Assembly: GCA_041676225.1 (NCBI GenBank)
Contig: JBAYSI010000001.1
Coordinates: forward strand, 1 to 40,576
DNA length: 40,576 nucleotides
DNA from: Patescibacteria group bacterium
Lineage (GTDB): Bacteria; Patescibacteriota; Patescibacteriia; Patescibacteriales; UBA12465
Direction of reading: 5' to 3'
The position numbers and the translations under genes are program-made. The notes under the pieces were generated by a model, which did not search any database, had not been told where the DNA came from, and saw nothing but the letters and a program-made list of their open reading frames with translations. This document shows, in pieces, positions 33,998 to 40,576 of the stretch (its first letter is position 1; the number at the start of each line of letters is the position of its first letter).

Positions 33998-35410
33998 ATG
34001 AAAAAAATATTAATATATAACACACTTAAAAGGGAGAAGGAAGAGTTTAAACCCATTAGCCTGGGTAAGCTTTCTTTCTACTATTGTGGACCAACGGTAT
34101 ATTGGACGCAACACATTGGTAATTTAAGGGGGTCTTTATGCGCTGATATTATTCACCGCAGTTTTAAGTATTTAAATTATGATGTTTCTATGGTCCGAAA
34201 CTACACCGATGTTGGTCATTTAAGCTCTGACGAAGATGAAGGTGAGGATAAGATGGAAAAAAGTGCTAAGAAAGAAAGCTTGAAGCCGGAAGATATAGCT
34301 AATAAATATATTAAAGCTTATGAGGATGATGTTAAAAAGTTAGGAATTGTAAGTCCTAAATTTAAACCAAAGGCTACTGAAAATATAGAGGAGATGATTG
34401 ACTTAATTCAGCTCTTGATAGTCAAAGCTTATGCATATTCTACTGATTTAGCTATATATTTTGATGTTTCTAAGTTTGATAATTATACAAAATTATCAGG
34501 TCAGAAATTAGAAAAGAATAAGGCTGGAGCTGGTAGGGCCGATGTTGGTGATAAAGGGAAAAGGAATCCTGCAGATTTTGCCTTGTGGTTTTTTAGGGCA
34601 GGTGAACATAAGAATGCTATACAATACTGGTCATCACCATTTTTTTCTCCTTTAGTTGAAAATGGCTATGGATTTCCTGGGTGGCATTTAGAATGTTCAG
34701 CTATGATAAAAAAATTCCTAGGAGAAACCATAGATATTCATATGGGAGGCATTGAGCATGTAAGTGTTCATCATACAAATGAAATTGCTCAAAGTGAAGC
34801 AGCTAACGGTGTAAAATTGGCTAATTATTGGTTGCACAATGAGCACCTATTATTCAACAATGCTAAGATGTCTAAATCTGAAGGCACCTCATATAGTTTG
34901 GCTGAGATTGAGTCTAAGGGTTTTAAACCTTTAGCTCTTAGATATTTTTTTCTTCAGGCTCATTACAGATCCAAACAAAACTTTACCTTCGAAGCCTTGA
35001 AGGCCTCTCAAAAAGGTCTGACAAATATTTATGAAAAGATTAGAAATTTAGGAGTTGAAATTGGTGAAGTTAATCAAGATTTTAAAGACAAGTTTTTAAA
35101 TGATTTATTGGACGACTTTAATGTTCCAAAATCTCTGGCTATAATTTCAGAGATTTTAAAATCAGATATTAGTGATAGTGATAAATTGGCCACACTACTA
35201 GATTTTGATAAAGTTTGGGGGTTGGCATTTTCTGAGATATTAGAAGAAGAGAGTGGGGAACTGAGTGATGAAGTTAAAAATATTTTAGAGGAAAGAGATA
35301 ATGCTAGAAAGAATAAGGATTTTAAAAAGTCTGATGAATTAAGATTTAAGTTAGAAGAAATGGGCTACAAGGTTGAAGATTCGTCCGAGGGTACAATTTT
35401 AAAGAAATAA
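33998..35410 (+). CDS. cysS: Cysteine--tRNA ligase
   Basis: YYCGPTVYWTQHIGNLR (HIGH-type), GWHLECSAM, KMSKS. 470 aa. Confidence 0.95.
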   Translation: MKKILIYNTLKREKEEFKPISLGKLSFYYCGPTVYWTQHIGNLRGSLCADIIHRSFKYLNYDVSMVRNYTDVGHLSSDEDEGEDKMEKSAKKESLKPEDIANKYIKAYEDDVKKLGIVSPKFKPKATENIEEMIDLIQLLIVKAYAYSTDLAIYFDVSKFDNYTKLSGQKLEKNKAGAGRADVGDKGKRNPADFALWFFRAGEHKNAIQYWSSPFFSPLVENGYGFPGWHLECSAMIKKFLGETIDIHMGGIEHVSVHHTNEIAQSEAANGVKLANYWLHNEHLLFNNAKMSKSEGTSYSLAEIESKGFKPLALRYFFLQAHYRSKQNFTFEALKASQKGLTNIYEKIRNLGVEIGEVNQDFKDKFLNDLLDDFNVPKSLAIISEILKSDISDSDKLATLLDFDKVWGLAFSEILEEESGELSDEVKNILEERDNARKNKDFKKSDELRFKLEEMGYKVEDSSEGTILKK

Positions 35411-35415
35411 TTTTT

Positions 35416-36369
35416 ATGGATAATTTTTGACAAAAATTAAAGAAAAAGAAAAAAGATAAGCCAATCTTAGCTTTAGCTCCACTAGCCGGATTTACAGATT
35501 CGGCTTTTAGGTATATTTGTAAAAGCTATGGAGCTGATGTGGTGTATAGCGAAATGGCCTCTGTTACAGCTCTAAACTATAATCCAGATAAAACTTTAAA
35601 ATTATTAGAATTTAACAAAAAAGAGAGACCATATGTTGTTCAAATTTTTGGTTCTGACGTAAATCATTTTGCTAAGGCTGTTAAAATTTTAGATAAGAAA
35701 ATAAATCCTGATGGTTATGATATTAATTTTGGTTGTCCTGTTAAAAAGGTTTTAAAGCAAGGAGCGGGAGCTAAGTTAATGTCTAACTTGGAGTTGTCTA
35801 AAAAAATTATTGAAACCGTTTTAAAGAATACAAAGAAACCATTGTCGGTTAAAATTAGGGCTAAAAGTTTTTCTGTTGGAGCCTTAGATTTTGTTAAGAA
35901 TATTGCCGATTTAAAAGTTGCAGCTATTATGGTTCATGGAAGGACGCTCAATCAACTATTTACTGGTCCAATAGATTTAAAATTAATAAAAGAGATTAAG
36001 AATATTTTTCCCGGGTTAGTTTTGGCTAATGGTGGAATAGAAAGCTTTAAAGATGTAAATAAAATTATAAAAGAAACTGGAGTAGATGGAGTTGGTTTCG
36101 GAAGAGGGGCTCTAGGTAGGCCTTGGATATTTTCTGAAAAATTATCTAATTTAAACAAAAAAGAACTAAGAGAGCTTGTTATTAAAAATTCAATTAAACA
36201 ATTGAAAATGACTAAGAAAAACAAGGGGGAGTTAGGCTTGGGAGAGTTCAAGGGTCATCTTTCTTGGTATTTTAAAGATTTTTCTGGGGCTTCAAAAATG
36301 AGATCTGAAATAATGAAAACTTCTAGTTTTTTAGAGTTGGAGAGACTTTTAAAAAGTGGTATAATTTAA
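35416..36369 (+). CDS. dus: tRNA-dihydrouridine synthase with an in-frame TGA at codon 5 (35428-35430)
   Basis: ATG GAT AAT TTT TGA is followed in the same frame by QKLKKKKKDKPILALAPLAGFTDSAFRYICKSYGADVVYSEM. This is the conserved Dus N-terminal FMN-binding strand, and it continues into the track ORF 35539..36369 (NFGCPVKKV catalytic Cys, HGRT). No ATG/GTG/TTG lies between the TGA and GTG 35539. Confidence 0.8.
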
Positions 36370-36373
36370 ATAT

Positions 36374-36763
36374 ATGATTTTAGGAATTGATACATCTAAT
36401 AATAAAGAGATTATTATATTTTTAGAGAAAGATAATAAGATACTTAAAAGAAGAAAGATTTCAGTTAGTAGGAATCAATCTGAAAAACTATTACCATTAA
36501 TTGAGTCTATTTTTGAGAAAAACAATTTCAGCTTTAATGATTTAGAGGAAATAAAGGTGGCTAATAAGGGTGAGAGCTTTACATCCTTAAGAATTGGAAT
36601 ACTCACAGCTAACGCTTTAGCCTATGCCCTTAAGATAAAGGTTTCTATAATAGGAGAAAATAAAAGTTCTAAGTATGTAAAAAATTTTAAGAATTTTAAT
36701 ATAGTTATTCCAAACTATACAAGGGATCCGGATATAATAATAAGCAAAAAAAATGTTAAATAA
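36374..36763 (+). CDS. tsaB: TsaB/YeaZ-like protein, N-terminal half only (129 aa)
   Basis: MILGIDTSNN..., RNQSEKLLPLIESIF, and GESFTSLRIGILTANALAYAL (compare GPGSFTGLRIG). It ends after the first ASKHA subdomain. Confidence 0.6.
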   Translation: MILGIDTSNNKEIIIFLEKDNKILKRRKISVSRNQSEKLLPLIESIFEKNNFSFNDLEEIKVANKGESFTSLRIGILTANALAYALKIKVSIIGENKSSKYVKNFKNFNIVIPNYTRDPDIIISKKNVK

Positions 36764-38237
36764 AAAAATTCTCTATTTATCTCTATTCTTTCTTTTTTTC
36801 TCTTTTTCTTTCTCCCAGTCAGTTGAAGCTTCAACTATGGCGGAGAGACTTTCCGGTAGAATAGTCTTGCAAGTAGAAGAGAATGGAGAGGCTTACTATA
36901 TTAACCCTGTAGACCTAAAGGGGTACTATTTGGGTAGACCTAGCGATGCTTTTAATATAATGAGATCATTGGGATTAGGAGCTACGAATAGTGATATCAA
37001 TATGTTTTTAAGAGCCAGAGCTAGAACCAATCTTTCTGGTAGGATTCTTTTACAGGTTGAGGATAAGGGGCAGGCATATTATGTTAATCCACAAGATTTA
37101 AAGTTGCACTATTTGGGTAGACCAAATGACGCTTTTTCTGTGATGAGAAATCTTGGACTAGGAATAAAGAATAGTGACTTAAGGCAAATAACTATAGTGG
37201 GTAGCCAAGGATTAATTTTAGGTGACAAAATAGGTGATGACAACCCGGGAGAAGGAGAAACTTTAGTTAAATTTTTATGGAAATATAATAATAAAAATTA
37301 TTATTTAAATTATGTATTTTCTGATGAGATATATTTAAGATACAAGAATGCAGATAAAAATTATTATTATCCAATAAATAATCCACCTTCCAATCCTAGA
37401 GATAAATATTACAGCGTTTTCTTTGAAACCTTAAATGGGGACAGTGTTATTAATTCAATTCTTTCAGATTTAAGAAAAATAGCTAATATAGACGGATTAA
37501 ACGATAATCAATTTATTGAGTTTGTTAGTGCTTTTGTTCAATACATACCTTATGATTTTTCAAAATCTCCTAGCGACAGTCAAAACTTTCCCTATGAAAC
37601 TCTTTATGAGAATAAAGGTGTTTGTTCTGACTTTACTATACTTTTGGTTGCAATGTTAAGAGAGCTAGGCTATGGCACAGCTATTTTTGATTATCCTGAT
37701 TCTAGGCATACAGCAACAGCCATAGAGTGTTCTGACAAAAAAGTTCACAACTCACCATATTGTTTTATCGAAACAACCAACTTTTTCCCTATAGGTATTT
37801 TCCCTAGTGCTTTCTCTGATGGACAAGCGGGATTTTCTTCTATGGATTGGAAGAATGTTTTTACTCCAACAAGCCTAGGTAATGTTGAGATATATCAACA
37901 AACAAGAGGTAAGACATATACCGGTATAACTGAAATTGCTAAAAACGTTGACACTATAATTAAGATGGAGAGTTCTTTGAGTCAAAAGAACACCGAATTA
38001 AAAACCTTACAATCTCAACTAAACTCTTTAAAAGGAGAGCTTGATCAATTATTGATTCAGGTTAATCTTTATCAGAGTATAGGGGATCAAGATGGTTATA
38101 ACGATAGCGTTAACAGGTATAACACTAAAGCAGCTGAATATAACTCACTTTTAGAGACATATAATCTTAGATCTAATATATACAACCTAGATTTAGCATT
38201 ATTCAACAAAGCTAAGTCTGATTTTCTTCAAAATTAG
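36753..38237 (+). CDS. Secreted protein: signal peptide, two tandem ~61-aa modules, transglutaminase-like Cys-protease core, C-terminal coiled coil
   Basis: Signal-like N-terminus (LYLSLFFLFFSFSFSQSVEA). Duplicated module LSGRI(V/L)LQVE..G.AYY.NP.DLK..YLGRP.DAF..MR.LGLG..NSD. Core FPYETLYENKGVCSDFTILLVAMLRELGY followed by SRHTATAIE. Heptad-rich tail. Confidence 0.55.
   Translation: MLNKKILYLSLFFLFFSFSFSQSVEASTMAERLSGRIVLQVEENGEAYYINPVDLKGYYLGRPSDAFNIMRSLGLGATNSDINMFLRARARTNLSGRILLQVEDKGQAYYVNPQDLKLHYLGRPNDAFSVMRNLGLGIKNSDLRQITIVGSQGLILGDKIGDDNPGEGETLVKFLWKYNNKNYYLNYVFSDEIYLRYKNADKNYYYPINNPPSNPRDKYYSVFFETLNGDSVINSILSDLRKIANIDGLNDNQFIEFVSAFVQYIPYDFSKSPSDSQNFPYETLYENKGVCSDFTILLVAMLRELGYGTAIFDYPDSRHTATAIECSDKKVHNSPYCFIETTNFFPIGIFPSAFSDGQAGFSSMDWKNVFTPTSLGNVEIYQQTRGKTYTGITEIAKNVDTIIKMESSLSQKNTELKTLQSQLNSLKGELDQLLIQVNLYQSIGDQDGYNDSVNRYNTKAAEYNSLLETYNLRSNIYNLDLALFNKAKSDFLQN
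36849..37190 (+). repeat. Tandem in-gene duplication (2 x ~183 nt) encoding the LSGRILLQVE...GLG..NSD module
   Basis: Residues 33-93 and 94-~146 align position by position. Examples: LSGRIVLQVEENGEAYYINPVDLKGYYLGRPSDAFNIMRSLGLGATNSD and LSGRILLQVEDKGQAYYVNPQDLKLHYLGRPNDAFSVMRNLGLGIKNSD. Confidence 0.85.
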
Positions 38238-38243
38238 TCAATA

Positions 38244-38272
38244 TTGACTGTATATAAAAAATAATATATAAT
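38244..38272 (+). promoter_or_regulatory. Promoter of rpsB-tsf
   Basis: TTGACT (38244-38249), 17 nt, TATAAT (38267-38272). It predicts a ~130-nt leader. Confidence 0.55.
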
Positions 38273-38411
38273 GTTATCAAGCTTAAAAGATAGTTTTAGG
38301 CTAGTTTATAATTAAAATAATCATGCTTTCTTAATTTTTCTTGTATATCAAGTAAATATATAATTTGAAAGCAGTAGTGCCAATAATATTTGGCAGTAAA
38401 AAGAAAAAAAT

Positions 38412-39104
38412 ATGAATATTCCAAAATTAGAGGAAATGTTAAAAGCTGGTATGCACTTCGGTCACAGAACTAATCGTTGGCATCCAAAAATGGAACAGTT
38501 TATCTTTACTAAGAAAAACGGTATCTACATTATTAACATTGAAAAGACTCAAGAGCAATTAAAAAAAGCTATAGAGTTTATGGTAAGACTTAGAAACGAA
38601 GGAAAAATAATTCTTTTTGTTGGTACAAAGAAGCAAGTAAAAAAGTCAATGAAGGAAATGTGTGAATCAATAAAGGAACCATACATTGTTGGAAAGTGGC
38701 TTGGTGGTCTTTTAACCAATTTTGCAGTTATTAAAAAATCAATTAAAAAATATCAAGATTTAGTTTCTGACAAAGAGGCTGGAAGATTGAACAAATATAC
38801 AAAAAAAGAACAATTGGATTTTGACAGAGAAACTAAGAGGTTAGAGGAAAGAGTTGGAGGTTTAGTTAATTTGAGTCGCTTGCCAGATGCTATCTTTATT
38901 TGGGATTTAAAAGAAGAAGAAACAGCTGTCAAAGAAGCTATTAGCAAAAATATTCCAATCATAGCAATTTGTGATACTAATGTTAATCCTGAATTAGCTA
39001 AATTCCCAATTCCAGCTAATGATGATGCTACAAAAACTGTTGAACTATTATTAAACAGTATTAAGGATAGTTTGTTAAATGCTAACAATATTAAATTAAA
39101 GTAG
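38412..39104 (+). CDS. rpsB: 30S ribosomal protein S2
   Basis: LKAGMHFGHRTNRWHPKM..FIF, FVGTKKQ, and GKWLGGLLTNF blocks. 230 aa. Confidence 0.95.
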   Translation: MNIPKLEEMLKAGMHFGHRTNRWHPKMEQFIFTKKNGIYIINIEKTQEQLKKAIEFMVRLRNEGKIILFVGTKKQVKKSMKEMCESIKEPYIVGKWLGGLLTNFAVIKKSIKKYQDLVSDKEAGRLNKYTKKEQLDFDRETKRLEERVGGLVNLSRLPDAIFIWDLKEEETAVKEAISKNIPIIAICDTNVNPELAKFPIPANDDATKTVELLLNSIKDSLLNANNIKLK

Positions 39105-39134
39105 TAATTACTAATAATTAAAATATATAAGTAT

Positions 39135-39929
39135 ATGGAACAAATAAAAGAATTAAGAGAGAGAACTGGAGCTGGTATGGTTGATTGTAAGAAGGCTCTA
39201 GATGAATCTTGTGGTGATATTGATAAGGCTATTGAACTATTAAGAAAAAAAGGTATAGCTAAAGCAGCGAAAAGAAGTGAAAGAGAGGCTGGTGAAGGTA
39301 TTATTGTTGTTAAAACTAATAATGATAACACTGAAGCATATACTGTTGAATTGAACTCAGAAACAGATTTTGTTGCTAGAAACGAAAAATTCCAAGCTTT
39401 GGCTAACGATATTCTAAAAATAGTAGAAGAAAAGAAGCCAGAGTCAGCAGAAGTTTTATTAAGTGAAGATTTAAATGGTTTAACTGTTTCAGAAAGCATT
39501 GACAATCTTAGTGGTGTTATCGGTGAGAAATTGGCTTTAGGTAGATTTGACATAGTAAAGGGTAGTAGCGTAGCCTCATATTCTCATTTAGGTGGTAAAA
39601 TCGGCGTATTAGTGGCCCTTGACCAAGAAGGAAAAGGAGAGTTGGCTGCTGATATAGCTATGCATATTGCAGCAGCTAATCCTAGATTCTTAAGTAGTGA
39701 AGAAGTTTCAGAAGATGAAATTGAAAAAGAAAAAGGTGTATACAAAGAACAATTATTAAAAGAAGGGAAGCCAGAGGCTATGATTGAGAACATTATCAAG
39801 GGTAAAATTAACAAGTATTATTCTGAAGTTTGCTTGCTTGACCAAGAATATATTAAGGATGATAAAAAATCAATCAAAGATATATTAGAAGGAGCTTCAA
39901 TTTTAAAGTTCGTTAGATTATCTCTGTAA
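39135..39929 (+). CDS. tsf: Translation elongation factor Ts
   Basis: IKELRERTGAGMVDCKKAL UBA-like N-terminus and ETDFVARNEKF. 264 aa, downstream of rpsB. Confidence 0.95.
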   Translation: MEQIKELRERTGAGMVDCKKALDESCGDIDKAIELLRKKGIAKAAKRSEREAGEGIIVVKTNNDNTEAYTVELNSETDFVARNEKFQALANDILKIVEEKKPESAEVLLSEDLNGLTVSESIDNLSGVIGEKLALGRFDIVKGSSVASYSHLGGKIGVLVALDQEGKGELAADIAMHIAAANPRFLSSEEVSEDEIEKEKGVYKEQLLKEGKPEAMIENIIKGKINKYYSEVCLLDQEYIKDDKKSIKDILEGASILKFVRLSL

Positions 39930-39960
39930 TTTTGTTTTTTAAATAAATAAGATAGTGAAT

Positions 39961-39986
39961 AAAACGAACATTAGTTCGTTTTATTT
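39961..39986 (+). terminator. Terminator hairpin after tsf
   Basis: aaaacgaac (39961-39969) / gttcgtttt (39974-39982), loop atta, with an interrupted T-tail. Confidence 0.55.
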
Positions 39987-40003
39987 ATATAATAATATAA
40001 AAT

Positions 40004-40576
40004 ATGAAAGTAGCTCAAATACAATTTGTTTCTTGGGATAAGAAATATAATTTTAAGTTAGGAAGCCTAGAACTTAAAGCGGGTGACAAGGTTTTGGTTG
40101 AGACTGAATTCGGTCAAGAGGTTGGAGAGGTTTTTGATTTCAAGGAATTAAGTGATGAAGAATTAGAAAAAATAGGGGAAGAAATTAAGCCAGTTTTAAG
40201 AATTGCAACAGGTGATGATCTTTCTAAGTTGATAAGCGAAGATGATAAGGATGATGCTATGGAATATTGTCGTAATTTAATTAAAAAGTATGAACTACCA
40301 ATGAAACTAGTTGATGTTCATTTTTCTCTAGACAGGAATAGAATTAATTTTGCTTTTTATTCAGACAATAGAGTTGATTTTAGAACATTAGTTAAGGATT
40401 TAAGTACCCACTTTAAAGGTATTATTAGATTAACTCAAATAGGGAGTAGGGATGAAGCTAAAGTGACTGGCGACTTCGGGCATTGTGGGAGAGGTTTATG
40501 TTGCAAAGGTTTTATGAAGGATTTCTTTTCTATTGGTTCTGAAATGGCTGACGCTCAACAAGTAGCTCATAGAGGT
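40004..40576 (+). CDS. ricT: PSP1 C-terminal domain protein (YaaT/RicT-like), 3'-partial at the window end
   Basis: The frame is open from ATG 40004 to the window end. PMKLVDVHFSLDRNRINFAFYSDNRVDFRTLVKDLSTHFKGIIRLTQIGSRDEAKVTGDFGHCGRGLCCKGFM matches the PSP1/RicT core, including the Cys cluster. Confidence 0.75.
   Translation, partial: MKVAQIQFVSWDKKYNFKLGSLELKAGDKVLVETEFGQEVGEVFDFKELSDEELEKIGEEIKPVLRIATGDDLSKLISEDDKDDAMEYCRNLIKKYELPMKLVDVHFSLDRNRINFAFYSDNRVDFRTLVKDLSTHFKGIIRLTQIGSRDEAKVTGDFGHCGRGLCCKGFMKDFFSIGSEMADAQQVAHRG

Noticed and set aside
967-36251. Other short track ORFs nested in or antisense to confident genes: 967..1161, 2754..3008, 3220..3471, 4900..5085, 7432..7695, 15849..16040, 16215..16490, 16802..17023, 20582..20911, 21594..21836, 22082..22327, 24110..24307, 25030..25272, 25439..25648, 26408..26599, 27637..27906, 30286..30513, 32276..32488, 35952..36251 and 39584..39814
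   Set aside because: All overlap longer ORFs with clear family signatures. Their translations are low-complexity, and AT-rich genomes yield many such chance ORFs.
38271-38315. 14-codon mini-ORF (MLSSLKDSFRLVYN) in the rpsB upstream region as a leader peptide
   Set aside because: Its ATG overlaps the predicted -10 hexamer, so it would lie upstream of the transcription start.
38753-39553. 266-aa minus-strand ORF spanning the rpsB 3' end, the spacer and the tsf 5' half
   Set aside because: It is antisense to two highly conserved genes. Its product is Ser/Leu/Phe-rich low complexity, as expected when purine-rich (GAA/AAG) sense codons are read backwards. It has no start context or homology features.
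1-40576. Whole-window use of genetic code 4 or 25 (UGA as sense)
   Set aside because: All long conserved genes are intact under the standard code, and Trp is encoded by TGG throughout. UGA is therefore not a commonly used sense codon. Only the single dus TGA and the absence of TGA stops remain unexplained; these are reported as a finding with alternatives.
1-40576. CRISPR arrays, tRNA/rRNA/tmRNA/RNase P genes, riboswitches or T-boxes
   Set aside because: The intergenic spacers are short; the longest are ~215, ~170 and ~175 nt. They contain only promoter or terminator-like elements. There are no regularly spaced direct repeats or cloverleaf-compatible segments. The alaS and cysS upstream spacers (10 and 73 nt) are too short for T-box leaders.

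Overview
This is an AT-rich, almost gap-free 40.6-kb coding window with about 38 of 44 genes on the + strand. I found no rRNA, tRNA, CRISPR array, transposase or integrase. Several traits suggest a reduced-genome Patescibacteria/CPR-type bacterium. They include no Shine-Dalgarno motifs, Lys-rich extensions on ribosomal proteins, short AlaRS/TsaB/L13/RpoA, and DUF4012 and DUF11-like surface proteins. This is inference only, because the window holds no marker RNA. Layout: (1) 1-373 is a class I aldolase gene broken by a local strand switch, followed by a membrane protein and an Fe-SOD. (2) 2082-16380 is a reduced dcw cluster, mraZ-rsmH-ftsL-ftsI-murF-//-mraY-ftsW-murG-//-murC-murB. It has a strong promoter and phased GGTGA repeats, lacks murE/murD/ddl/ftsQAZ, and is split twice by minus-strand cassettes: GT2+DUF2304, and a three-gene cassette with a nucleotidyltransferase-fold protein. 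(3) alaS, without the C-Ala domain. (4) 18368-22666 is infA-rpmJ-rpsM-rpsK-rpsD-rpoA-rplQ-rplM-rpsI, with an RpoA that lacks the alpha-CTD. (5) 22838-32239 is a putative envelope/glycosylation locus: GT2, a sigma-region-4 + HARE-HTH protein, a conserved membrane protein, GT4, DUF4012 and a DUF11-like repeat protein. (6) 32249-36763 holds the tRNA-related genes tgt (no zinc ligands), cysS, dus (in-frame TGA at codon 5) and a half-size tsaB. (7) A secreted transglutaminase-like protein, rpsB-tsf and a partial PSP1/RicT gene. By my reading none of the 43 complete CDSs ends in TGA. No finding amounts to a demonstrated new system. The best candidates for follow-up are the minus-strand NTase cassette inside dcw, the TGA/dus observation, the transcription-machinery oddities and the envelope locus. 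Coordinates of small motifs were indexed by hand and may be off by 1-2 nt.
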